A DNA stretch of 64,000 nucleotides from Elsinoe ampelina (lineage: Eukaryota): NCBI GenBank assembly GCA_010093995.1, contig ML992501.1:2685194-2749193 (forward strand), written 5' to 3'. A program made the translations under genes and the position numbers. Numbering within the stretch: the stretch's first letter is position 1; every line of letters starts with the position of its first letter. The notes below the pieces were generated by a model. That model was given only the letters and a program-made list of their open reading frames with translations, was not told the origin of the DNA and did not search any database. Positions 25,085 to 36,250 of this stretch are shown here, piece after piece.

Positions 25085-25885
25085 TCAATAGATACAAACA
25101 CCAGGCGGCCTGACATAAAACCGGTGCCAGCAATACTCCTCCCCCAGGTACTCGTAGAAGTTATGGCCCACACCTCCCGGCACGGTGTACATCCACCCAA
25201 CCTCTTCGCCTTTTGTCCCGTCAATCTCCTCCATGTCCTCTCCAAAGCCCTCCTCCCAGTAGTCCTCCATGTCTTCTTCGCGCTTGAAGTCCGCCTGGAT
25301 GACCTTCATCCGCACCCGTTCATCATATGGAGACAAGTGCTCCGATGCATGCTTCTTGAACGTTTCCATAGTCTCGTCGTCGACCTGGAAGAATAGCTCG
25401 TAGCGAGTCTCCCATACAGGCCAGGTGAAGTCCATGCGTGGTTGCTCCCGTGGTAGGGCTTCCTGCCTCCATTTTTTGAAGTGCTCTCGGAGGGCAGGGC
25501 GAGAGGCGTTGTTGAAGAGAGACTCGTCGTCGAAGTAGGTGAGTTCTCGGAAGTCCAGTAATTGTGGCGCTTTTGATGTCGAGAGATACTCACGATCTGC
25601 TTGATCGAGATATTCCTTGAAGCGCTCCCATGTAGCTTGATCCTGGTAGGAGGTTCGGTATATCACCCAACCCCATTTGTCTAATTTGCGGGCCCTCATA
25701 TTCTCGTAGACCTCGACGTCTGCATCGGGAAGTTCACGAGTGGGTTTATAGGTGCTATAGGAGCGACTAGCATAGTGATTGAGAGGGGTCGAGGTAGTAG
25801 ACCGTCGGCAGGACGAAAGAGCAAAACGCCATGCGGGCGGCGTGCGTAGTGGCTGCTGCCACAGTCTTCTCACGATACCCGCCAT
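25085..25885 (-). CDS. Hypothetical 'KWGWVIYRTSY' family protein, copy 2 (mitochondrial-type presequence)
   Basis: 266-aa intronless ORF and tandem paralog of 23648-24424. The N-terminus is Arg/Ser/Thr-rich with no acidic residues and ends RSYST. Confidence 0.82.
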   Translation of the reverse strand: MAGIVRRLWQQPLRTPPAWRFALSSCRRSTTSTPLNHYASRSYSTYKPTRELPDADVEVYENMRARKLDKWGWVIYRTSYQDQATWERFKEYLDQADREYLSTSKAPQLLDFRELTYFDDESLFNNASRPALREHFKKWRQEALPREQPRMDFTWPVWETRYELFFQVDDETMETFKKHASEHLSPYDERVRMKVIQADFKREEDMEDYWEEGFGEDMEEIDGTKGEEVGWMYTVPGGVGHNFYEYLGEEYCWHRFYVRPPGVCIY

Positions 25886-26104
25886 CGGTTTAAATACCGT
25901 ATGTCCATGACTCTGTCAAGAAAGTGGTTCACGAGGTCTAGATCATGCGGAAATTGCTCATTTGCTGGACCCTGCTACGCCGCACGGTCACGTGACTCCA
26001 CGAATATTGCAAGAAATGCAGCATTCTCTGCCAATGCCTGTCCATTCCTTATATACTGAACAGCCTGTATATGATACCAAAATCAGGGTAGCGACATAAA
26101 ACCC

Positions 26105-27903
26105 TCACAACTTCGCCCCCCGTTCCCTCTTCACCAACTCCCTCAAATCCTTCCTCAGTATCTTGCCCGACGGACTCTTCGGAATCGCATCCAAGAACAC
26201 CACCCCACCTCTCAACTGCTTATGCCCAGCCACATTCTCCTTCACATACCTCACAATATCATCTGCCGAAATCCTCTTCCGATCAGCAACCACATACGCT
26301 CTCGGCGCCTCATCATACCCATCCTCAATCGGCACGCCAATCACCGCAGCATCCAGTATCAACTCATGACTGAGCAACAACGCCTCCAGCTCGGCCGGCG
26401 CCACCTGCAGACCTTTATACTTGATCAGCTCCTTTTTGCGATCGACGATGTAGAAGAGGCCGTTGGTGGGGTTGAAGTGGCCGATATCGCCCGTGCAGTA
26501 CCATCCGTCTTTGTAGGCTTCGGCGTTGGCGGTGGGGTTGTTGAAGTAGCCTCTGCTGATCACCGGGCCACGGAGGAGGATCTCGCCTGGTGAACCGACG
26601 GGGACGTCGTGGCCTTCTTCGTCGACGATACTGGTTGGGTTAGTAGGGTGGGGGATGGGAGAGGGGTTGCTTACCGAGCTGTCATGTTGGCTACGAGGGC
26701 GCTGACGCTGCCTGTGTCGTCCCGCATGCCTTCGGGCATGACGGTGGCGCTACCGGTGCTCTCGCTCAGGCCCCAGGTTTGTGAGATGAAGATCTTGCCT
26801 TTTCCTAGCTTTGCACTCGCAGCGTACTGCAGCTCCTTGCCTAGGGGTGCGGCCCCGGAGACGGCTGATTCCAGGGTGTCGAACTGATCTGTGACATCCG
26901 GACTCTTCGCAATGAGGAGATATATTGGTGGGACAGTGAAGAAGAATGTGATCCTGTACTTCTTGTTGTACTCCAGAAATCTTGGCCAGTCGAAGCGAGG
27001 CATCCAATACGTCGTCCCGCCGAGGTAGAAAGGGTTCACAAAGTATCCTTGGATACCCGCAATGTGTGCAATAGGTAAGTGCGCCAGCGTTCTGTATTCG
27101 AAGTTTGGGTTCTGAATTGCTCTTCTCTCCTTCATCGGATCTGCTGGTAAGCAGCATTCTGCCACAAAGTTCTCATGCGAGATGCAGACCGACTTGGGTA
27201 GTCCGGTTGTGCCAGAAGAGTAGATCAGAACTACCAGGCTCTCGGCGAGCTCTTTCTGATCGGTTATTTTTCTCCATTGTAACTCGCCGTCACTGAGAAG
27301 TTCCTTCTTTGGCTCGCTCACTCGCTTCAGACTCCATTCCCCACTGTCACTGGTGACCACGACTTTGGTCACTCCGTAGCCCAGCAGCGGCGGCAGCCTT
27401 GACAGCAACGTCCTTCGTGGCTTCATTGCAGATCAAAAGACTGCAGCCAGCTCCATTCAAGAGGCCAGCGAGCTCTTTGTCCGTGCTTGCTGCTGAGACA
27501 GCTGAGAAGATACCCTCTGCAGCTATCACGCCGTAGAATAGCAGAGGTACCATGTAATGACCAGTGGATATGACTGTGACTACATCCTTTCCGGGTCCGT
27601 TGGCACCTATGTCAAAGTGGTTCCGAAGAGCATGTGCTGTCCGCTTGGTGTGCTTCCTGACATCTGCTTTGGTCAGGTACTGTGATGGGTCCTCCGCTGA
27701 GGCATGTAGGATGGTGTCCTCATGCGATGTCCACTTTGTGTTGGTGACTTTGTGGTCTGTGGCATGTCAATGTAAGATTCGATGCTGTGTATTGCTCCAT
27801 CGTTACCAAAGAGCAGTGTCAACAGATCCACGTGCGGATAGTCCCGGATCTGCTCGGGGTGATATATCGTGCCAGATGATGTTGTAACAGCTCTCGATGT
27901 CAT
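26105..27903 (-). CDS. 4-coumarate/phenylacetate-CoA-ligase-like AMP-binding enzyme, peroxisomal; apparent +1 frameshift at ~27364-27366
   Basis: YSSGTTGLPK AMP-binding motif, QTWGLSE, TGD, IVDRKKELIKYKGLQVAPAELE, PKSPSGKILRK and C-terminal PTS1 AKL*. Confidence 0.88.
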
Positions 27904-28309
27904 GTTATTAGGATGCTCGTATGGGAGTCGCGTAAGTTCTGCGATGCTGTATGTCCAGAGATTCAACTAGATGCAGGAGTGTTTCCTCGTTCGTAGAGAC
28001 GGCTGGTGCTACCGGAGGAGCAGCCTGACTGACCCTTGAGATTCCAACCTGATGTGAAGAATCCACAACGCTATCTGTATAATTATGTAATGTCAGTGTA
28101 TTGAAATGTCAAGATAAGCATGATTAGTATGAAATGTAGTTGCCATGGTCAGAAACATGTCGTCGACCTCGGCTGCACCCTGCCCCGCGTCCACCCCCAC
28201 ATCCCCGCACAACCAAAAGCCTAATTGGGAATATCGCGGGTATAGGCACTATCATTTGCCTGACTACCTCCAACCTCCCACCTGGTCCTGCCAACCTCTC
28301 ACCTAAAAG

Positions 28310-28525
28310 CATCCGCCTCCACCATCCCATCATACGCCACATCAGAGCCAACCTCCTCTTCCCTTTCCACAATCCCGCTACCGTCAGCGGCACCCTCGTG
28401 TTCAGCGTAGTCTTGATCGTGCCATCTTCGATCCACTTCTTCAGATCCTCCGAAATCTTCCCATGACTCTCGACATCAATACCATAGTAAGGCTTCGTGC
28501 CCAGCAGCTCCCAGATGAATGCATC
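28310..28525 (-). pseudogene. C-terminal fragment of a zinc-binding alcohol dehydrogenase/quinone-reductase-like (MDR) gene
   Basis: AFIWELLGTKPYYGIDVESHGKISEDLKKWIEDGTIKTTL resembles the C-terminus of fungal MDR proteins. There is no room for the 5' part because the CLC stop is ~100 nt away. Confidence 0.55.
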
Positions 28526-28621
28526 ATGGTGAGTCGAGCTTGTAGTGCTAGCGCCGATCACTCCATGCATGACAGGGAGCAGCGATGAGGAGCTTGTCAA
28601 GAAATGCATTGTAGACGACTG

Positions 28622-31186
28622 TCATCTCATAGTCCGCCGGTCGTCCATTTCGACATCGCTCTCTGCTTCGTTTACGTCGTCCAGAGTCGTTCGTCCTTCT
28701 CTTTCTCCGGCTGTAGCCCCTGCGGCCCTCTCTTCGCCATCATTCAGCTGTACTGGACCATATCCTGCTCGACTCAGACCGACCTTGCCGTCGATCCAGT
28801 CGGCAACTCGCTTCATGATCAGCCATACTCGATCTTGTGCTTCCTTGATTGCACTGTCATCTTTCGGGTTCTCGTTAGCTTCGACCTGGAATTGGTACTT
28901 GAGCACATCCTTGACAGTGACAAGCCCAGCCAATCGTCCTCGATACTCCACCAGGATGACCCGTGGTCCGAGCTTCTTGAATAGCTCCATCACAGTCTCC
29001 AGTGGCAGTCTTGGATGCACAGTGATTGGCGAGAAGTCGACAAATTTGCTGAAATCCACCTTTGTCTGACCTCCGACTTGCTCGATATTGTCGAAAGATA
29101 CAGCCGGTCTAGCGCTTCGAGGAGTTGTTGGCGCCGTCGCGCTGCTTCCAGGGACGAAGCTGCATTTGGCGTCTTTACGAACCATCGTGTCCTTCCGGGC
29201 GCGATCAATGGCATATCGCAGCTCAGTCCTACCGATGTAGCCGACCAGAGTCATGGACTCGCTGTCTTCCACAATCGGGAAGCCTTGAACTGAGGTATCC
29301 AAGAGCATGTCTTCTGCGTTGCCTACCTCCATTCCAGTTGCCAACAGGCAATTGAGATCCGCTGCCATGACTTTGGACACCGGTACCCCGAATGTATGGT
29401 CCTCTTTGTTGTCCAAGAAGGGAAAGCCATTGAACCATATCATCCGATCCGCGATACCACCTTTGCCGAAGCTGTCGCTCACAGCTTTAGTGACTCCCAC
29501 AACGATCATGGTCGGTAAGATATAAGTTAGCGCTCCAGTAAGTTCGAACATGATGACCACCACAGAGACTGTGATGTGCATGATCCCTGACAAGGCAGCG
29601 CCAGCTCCTAGGAAAGCATATGTACCTGGCGTGATGCACGGGACATCAGGCTCGCATGCCGCAAAGAACTTTGAATTCGGGTATGCCTCGTGCAATGCCT
29701 GGACCATAATGCCTACGGTCCTGCCGAATGAAGCTCCGATTGCCATTGAGGGTACAAAGATCCCGGCAGGTACTTTACAGCCGTAGGAGATGATGACGAG
29801 AAACATACGGATCACAGTCGCAATGACCAGGGAGAGGATGATATGTCCTCGATTGTCCTTGTCGCATAGCCGGTCGTAGTCATGGCCTCCCTCGCATTCC
29901 AGAAACAAGATCTCCATAGACTCGGTCATGTCGATTCGCAGGAACCGGTTGGGATAGCAAATGATTGCTGTAAAGAATGCCAGGAGTGTCGCCTCCAAGA
30001 TTGCGTACTTGGTAAGATATCGTTTCCTGAACGCTTGCGCTCGAAGATTCCACTTGATCATAAACTCACCATACAAACCTCCGAAGATGCCAATGATGAT
30101 GTAGAAGACAATCTCGAAGAAGTGCCAGCTCCTGTCGTACTTCACGGTGAACATGACCAACTGTCCAGTCCTGAAAGGATTCATGGCTGAAAGTGTCGCG
30201 GTCGCTACCAGAGCACAGAAGTAACTTCGCCACATTGTTTTCAGCGGGAAGTAGTTTGACATCTCCTCCAGACTGAACAAGACACCCCCAATAGGACTAC
30301 CAAATGCCACAGCCACTCCTGCTGCCGCACAAGCCGAGAGGACCTCTCTGGTCTTGGACGCATTCCTCTTGTACTTGTCGAAGAATCTCGAGATGACATT
30401 GCCCATGCATACAGCGTAATGCACGCTTGGTCCCTCTTTACCAACGCTCAAACCGCTTGCGATTGTGATTGGAAGAGCGATACTCTTGATCAGGAGAGTC
30501 CAGAATCCAAGAAAGCCCTTCATGACAAAGCCAGCAATGATGCATTTGATCTCGCTGATACCACTGCCGGCCGCATAAGGAGCGAATGTCTTGACCAGTC
30601 TCGCCGCTGTGAATGCAAAGGTAGTCGCAAAAGCAATGTAGAGCAAGTAGTTGACAGGCGTGAATCGACTCCAGCTCACCCATTCGTCACACCCTTCTTC
30701 CGAGCCCCAACAGCAGAAGCTCTCGTTGAGGTAGAATGCAGTCGTACAATAGCCTAGCTTGATATCGCTCATCCATTCCGTGACGATGTTGAGGATCGCC
30801 GCATTGAGTCCGATAGCAGCACCGATCAAGCTGATCACTATCCATGCTTGTCCTGCATCGTAGGCTTCATATATCCGGGTCCGCCAGCTCACGTTCTCAC
30901 CCTCGTCGGTGTACACACTCCCATCGTGTCGTCTCCGAGCTCGCCGCCGCTGCTGTTCTTGCGCCGCATCTTGTACCCAGTCTATTGTCGTGAAGTCTTC
31001 ATATCTCTTGATCTCGGCGATTTCTTCGGCGAGTGCAGCATCGGCAGGATTGATGTCTTGCGATCCTCGTTCCGCAGCCGAGAGGTTGGAAACACGTCGC
31101 AGGGATCGGGTGGACGAATAGAATGAATTGAGGGATGGCCGGGTCTGATGTTCTGCGCTTGTAGTTGACCCGTTCGAGAGGCGCAT
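28622..31186 (-). CDS. GEF1: CLC family chloride/proton transporter with CBS domains (Gef1/ClC-3-like)
   Basis: GSGISE, GKEGP, FGSPIGGVLFSLEE, PAGIFVP and FELTG signatures, plus two C-terminal CBS domains. Confidence 0.93.
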   Translation of the reverse strand: MRLSNGSTTSAEHQTRPSLNSFYSSTRSLRRVSNLSAAERGSQDINPADAALAEEIAEIKRYEDFTTIDWVQDAAQEQQRRRARRRHDGSVYTDEGENVSWRTRIYEAYDAGQAWIVISLIGAAIGLNAAILNIVTEWMSDIKLGYCTTAFYLNESFCCWGSEEGCDEWVSWSRFTPVNYLLYIAFATTFAFTAARLVKTFAPYAAGSGISEIKCIIAGFVMKGFLGFWTLLIKSIALPITIASGLSVGKEGPSVHYAVCMGNVISRFFDKYKRNASKTREVLSACAAAGVAVAFGSPIGGVLFSLEEMSNYFPLKTMWRSYFCALVATATLSAMNPFRTGQLVMFTVKYDRSWHFFEIVFYIIIGIFGGLYGEFMIKWNLRAQAFRKRYLTKYAILEATLLAFFTAIICYPNRFLRIDMTESMEILFLECEGGHDYDRLCDKDNRGHIILSLVIATVIRMFLVIISYGCKVPAGIFVPSMAIGASFGRTVGIMVQALHEAYPNSKFFAACEPDVPCITPGTYAFLGAGAALSGIMHITVSVVVIMFELTGALTYILPTMIVVGVTKAVSDSFGKGGIADRMIWFNGFPFLDNKEDHTFGVPVSKVMAADLNCLLATGMEVGNAEDMLLDTSVQGFPIVEDSESMTLVGYIGRTELRYAIDRARKDTMVRKDAKCSFVPGSSATAPTTPRSARPAVSFDNIEQVGGQTKVDFSKFVDFSPITVHPRLPLETVMELFKKLGPRVILVEYRGRLAGLVTVKDVLKYQFQVEANENPKDDSAIKEAQDRVWLIMKRVADWIDGKVGLSRAGYGPVQLNDGEERAAGATAGEREGRTTLDDVNEAESDVEMDDRRTMR

Positions 31187-31436
31187 TGCAGGGTCTATTT
31201 CATGGTCGAGGCCGACAAATCGTGGTCAGGTTATTCCAACTCCCTACTCGAGCAAAGTGTCAAGCACCTTGAGCGGAACGGAGATATCTCGGAGATGGAT
31301 TCCGAGCGCGTCAGCAGTCGCGTCTCCCCACCATGGGAACTTAGAGTGCTGAAGGTAGCTTCTGTGCTTAATCTTTACAATTCTCACAAGGAACATTCAA
31401 CAGCAGGACTACGCATTCACACTACCAGTAGTCAGT

Positions 31437-31987
31437 ATGCCGTACAACAACAATCCAATCCCTCCTTCAAAAGAGGTGACCGGGACAGTGACACTCCCGC
31501 GTCCGTGTCGACCTTGAAGCTCCTCATCTTGCATGGGCTAATGATCGCAGTCGCGCGTACAAAGAAGATCTTGTCAGCCGACTCTGAGCTCTGCAATGTC
31601 TCCAACAACGCTGCTTTTGCCATCACTATCGCTACGGAACAATTCATTCAATATCTAGTCGAACAGACCCACAATGTCGTCAAGGCCGAGAGAAAGCCGC
31701 GCAGGAACATTCAATACCGCGACGTCGCCAACGCTGTAGCAAGACACGACAATCTTGAGTTCTTGACTGACGTCGTGCCCCGAACCATACCATACAAAGT
31801 GCACAAAGAGAAGATGGCGGCCAAGGAGAAGGAAAAGGCTGCCAGAGAGCAGAACGACGGGAGAGTCAGCGCAGGGCCTGTTCCATCAGGAGGGCCAGGA
31901 GCACAACCTTCTGCATCACCGGTGATCACGCGGGAAGAACGACCTGATGTCATGGATATAGACGCCGTCGCAGGGCCACAACCATAG
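31437..31987 (+). CDS. H2A-type histone-fold protein (Dpb3/Dls1/CHRAC15-like; intron 31501-31549)
   Basis: The spliced product reads MPYNNNPI...TLPLARTKKI...ATEQFIQYL...RRNIQYRDVANAV...LEFLTDVVP (CBF/NF-Y histone fold). Confidence 0.85.
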
Positions 31988-32398
31988 GATTCTGGCCAGC
32001 AGGTTGTTGACGAAGAACCCCGAGGCCGACCAACGCTCCCTCCCTTAAGAACCGCATTGCGTGCGCTGGATGTAGAGATTGGAAATAATGAGCTTGGAAG
32101 CCCCGAGATCGCGCCCACGACAGTCACACTCGGCAATGTCCCACGAATCAGGTCGCTGTCCAGACGAAGGAAACTCGCGTATGTGCGTCGTGATCCATTA
32201 GAGCTGCGCGAGGCGAAGGAGTCCGCATGGTCGCCGAATGGCTGGAACTGATGCGGGACTTGGTCAGGCTGCTCAATACTGGGGAACCCAAATAGCAAGT
32301 CCAATTGGACAGCTCAAGCATAGACTAACCAAAGTTGCAAGTTGCAGATTTCATCGCTAACGAGGCGAGAAATGGAATGTCATTCATTCATGAAGAGC

Positions 32399-33283
32399 CT
32401 ACTCAAAATCCGCCCTCTGCTCAAGACGAAGCCTGCGAATCTCCCCAACAAGATCCTTGACCCCACTCCCTCCCTCACAATCCTTCCACTTCCCACCATC
32501 CCTAACACACCACTTCTTCCCATCCACCCTAACCGTACAACTCGTTGTAACGTTCTCCCTCGCTGACCTCTCCACACTCTCCCTCAACAAACTCATCCCC
32601 TTACCCGTATGCTCATCACTCGCGCAATCATTCAGTTTCTCAAAACTAATCCCATGCTCCAACGCACAATCCTGCACCCACGTCTTACCCGGAATCTCCC
32701 TGTACTGGCGCGACATACACATGGTGAAGCCCAAATGAATCTTGGGATCCGGATAAATCTCCGCGGCGCACAACTCCAGGATATTCCCCAAACACTCCTC
32801 GGGACCATGCATACACTCGACCCCGTCGTCCTCTCGCGTCGGCTTCCCGATATAGCTCAGCTTGAAGTCGACTTCACGACTCACCTGCTGCATGGTCGGG
32901 AGGACCAAGTCGCGGAGACAGTCCCGCGCGTCGGGGCACTTTGACATGATGTGGGCTTCGAGGGGGACGCGGCGCAGGGGGCGGTAGGTCGGGTCGTCGT
33001 CGCCGTAGATGATGGCGAAGCCGAGGGCGAAGAGCATGGCGCTGATGACGGTGATGGAGATGAGGCCCACGACGGTGAGGATTATGTTGTGGATGATGGT
33101 GACGGTGCGGCCTTGTTTGGTGTGGCGCCAGGCGGCGGCGTATTGTTTCGACGCTTCGAGGTGGGCGGTGCGGGTGCGGGTGACTTCGTCGCGGAGGTGC
33201 AGGAGGGCGGAGTCTTCGGTGGGAGTTGTGGTAGGGGAGCCCGAGGGGAGGGGGAGGAGGGGGGATTTTTCGGGGTCGGTCAT
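32399..33283 (-). CDS. GILT-like (gamma-interferon-inducible lysosomal thiol reductase family) membrane-anchored protein
   Basis: One N-terminal TM segment, LEAHIMSKCPDARDC, CMHGPEECLGN and SCTVRV...CVRDGG. Confidence 0.85.
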   Translation of the reverse strand: MTDPEKSPLLPLPSGSPTTTPTEDSALLHLRDEVTRTRTAHLEASKQYAAAWRHTKQGRTVTIIHNIILTVVGLISITVISAMLFALGFAIIYGDDDPTYRPLRRVPLEAHIMSKCPDARDCLRDLVLPTMQQVSREVDFKLSYIGKPTREDDGVECMHGPEECLGNILELCAAEIYPDPKIHLGFTMCMSRQYREIPGKTWVQDCALEHGISFEKLNDCASDEHTGKGMSLLRESVERSARENVTTSCTVRVDGKKWCVRDGGKWKDCEGGSGVKDLVGEIRRLRLEQRADFE

Positions 33284-35190
33284 GGTTGCTTGTTTTGAGG
33301 TTATTTGGGTTGGTTGGAAGGGATGAGAAGAGAGATTCCTAATAGATGAAGGCGAGAATACCACGATTGTAAGTGATGATATGAGGTTTCGTTGGAATTC
33401 TGAGGATGAAGAGGGTGAGGAGCAGGCCACATGTACAATGGAAAGTAGTCGCCTGTGGACCCTGTTGTTTGCAGATGTGAGGTCAGTCGCCTCCCAAAGA
33501 GACTTTCGGCTGGCACGGTTCATGCCGAGGGTAGTGCGGGGAGGCTCGCTTGTGCTTCAAGTCTCGATTAGGCAAAGTGGCATTCTTTGTGCTGGGTTTC
33601 TGTTTTGTGCACGATACATTAATTCATCAGTATAGTCAATGTAAATGTCCTTGCGTTTAATGGCACATTCTATCGAGTCTGACTTCCGAAGCGCAGAACT
33701 GGTCTCATCTTTATCAGAAGATCAAATGATATTTTGTTGACAGCGCAGTCACCTACGTTCGCACGCTCGTTGCTACTGTACCCTGCACAGGTTTTCCTAG
33801 CTGAACTGGTTCATGGAATTGAAGGCTCCTGGCTTACGAACGACCTGGGGTGAACAACATGCGAAGATCAATCGCAGTTGACCGAATCCACGGTACAAAA
33901 ATTACTGATCAGACAACCTGAAAAGCCGATTCCATCCTCGTGGCATCGGCTAACCGTGCTCCTCTCCCGATACCGGTTTTCTTCACAGCGCCACCACGTT
34001 GCTTGCACCTCCACCAACCTCCCGCCATGGCAACAAAAGCAGCCATTGCATCATTTCATGACCCGCCAGTGTTGTTGCTTGTCGGTATGCATGGTACCAA
34101 CATCTACCGAGTTGATCCGATGGCACGATTGTGATCAGATTCTGGCAGACGGTTGACCGTCGTGGTCAACGACCCGTTAGGTTGACTCTCGCCCACGGTT
34201 CAAATGGCAATAGCAGGTACCAGGCGTTGTAGGCGATTCCGACAACCTGATGGGGCCGGTTCAGGCCACCGGTGTTTCTCCGACCCTGCGTGGAGGAACA
34301 TCCCGATGGGTTTCCAGACCAGATGGTATCAAGGTAAGTCTTTGTTGCAGGACTGACGCGCGCGCAGCAGAGATGAGACTTCCTCGCGCTGCATTCACCA
34401 GCAACATGACGGAGACGCTTTGAGAGGTCAACAGGTATTGCTTGATCCTCGGCTCCGCTGTCACTGACCAACACGGCTCCTCGTCGCTCCTGATCTCCAA
34501 GATGCGGAAAGCACCAAGAGCCCTGAGGGAGTTGCACGTTTCCGCGGTTCGCCGTTACGCAAGCCGCCCGTCAGATACACTTCGCCTTGTGAGGAATATG
34601 CATCCAGAAGCAATGAACGGTCTTCCTGTCTGAACAAACTTTCGTCATGCACATCCAACACAGCTTGGCGAGCATTTATGGATAGTCTGGTCGTCAAAAG
34701 ATCTATTTTCGCGAATGAGACCCCTGAGTAGGACGCCACCAATTTTCTGAGGATTCGGCTTGGTCGATATCTCTGAAAAGGCCAAAGTCAAAATCCCCCG
34801 CATAGCAGTGCAGCTCGACAACGACTGTACTTCCATGCATTCCTGATCTCAAACACCGAGTCTCACGCACGGCCACGCAACGACCGACAATGCTGTTCCA
34901 ACGGCGAAGGTCGTTGTAAAGTATGAGTTCTGCTACGTGTATCAACGGCGGGTAGAGATGCGGTACATGGTACATGGACCGAGTGCCTCGGGGTCGAGTC
35001 CGATCCATGGTCGCATGGCCTCCACGATTCCACAGCTCGGTTGGCGAGCCAGATGTTGTTATAATGGGGTCGCCGTGCCCTGCTCTCGTAGGCCTCCCTT
35101 CTAGTGTCAGGCCCGGGTTCTTTAGCTGTTGATCAGTCCCTTCTCTTGTATTCTTCTATACCCAGACCCGACAGCACGGGCATCAGCAAC

Positions 35191-36250
35191 ATGGCAGATA
35201 CCACAGACCCTCTGTACTTTGAGACTGCATGGTCCATCCTCAGCTCGATCGGTATCTGTGAGGTCTTTTTCGGAGGGCTTGTCATCAGTCTTACCAACCT
35301 GTCATGGCTCTCAATCTTGCCAGTCATCGTCGGCGCATCTGGAGCGATTGCAAAGTAAGCACTCTTCGAGACATCTATCCTCGACACGAATCTGACAGCA
35401 CCAACAGTGGTCTTTGCTACCAAGCATTCTACGCCAACTACCCATTGCAAGCTCGCCTCATTGGTAGTGGTGTTGCTGATATTATGTGGCTGGTAGGTCG
35501 AATCGCCTAGATGTGCACAAGAAGCTTGTACTCACTGTGCCCAAGGTCCAAGAAGCTGGCTTATCCTTCTATAGCTACCAGATTCTCCTCAAGATTCTCC
35601 GCAACAAGGGCAAGATCATCTTCCTCGTCCTCTTCTGGGCTCTCATGATCCCTATCATCGCCTTCCGCTTTTGTATTCTTGCCTACCGCCAACAAGACCT
35701 AAGGGCTGGATCGACTGAGAACCAGCAGATGATCAACAACTTCCACATGGGCTACTTCTCCTGCATCGCCATGTGTGAAGTAGTCAGCAGTGCATTCCTA
35801 CTCCGTCAATTCTTCCGTGCACACAACAACGCAAAGACATTGTTCTCGACCTCAGCCATCACCGGTCAACTCATCCGCAGTACTGAGACTCGCGTTGGTG
35901 CCCTCGCACTCATCGGTATCACCAGAGCTGTGACCTATTCGTTCCAGCAGAACGCTCAGAGTGCCAACTCGGTAGCAAGCCAGGTCGACAGGTTCGTTTA
36001 CACTTTGGAGACCATGTTCCCATTCGTCATGATCATCGATCTTTTGGCATCTCGTCGGGTCGGGCAGAATGGCGCATATGGACACGGTGCTTCTCGCTCA
36101 GGTCCTCATGGCAAGACGGCAAAGACTGCGACAGTCCGCGGCGAAGACATTGAGATGCACCTGGCTGAGGATGAGCGTGGAATTATTCGCCAGCAAGAGA
36201 TCATCGTCTACGAGTCACATGCTGGTGATATTGGAGTCGCAAAGAGCTAG
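35191..36250 (+). CDS. Multi-pass integral membrane protein of unknown function (introns ~35355-35408 and ~35493-35545)
   Basis: Three exons splice into a protein with about 6-7 hydrophobic helices and a polar tail ending in an IIRQQEIIV motif like fungal receptor-like proteins. Confidence 0.7.

Noticed and set aside
33600..35100. Short ORFs in the long interval between GILT and the membrane-protein gene as a degraded gene
   Set aside because: There is no recognisable domain and no consistent splice model. BLASTx would be needed.
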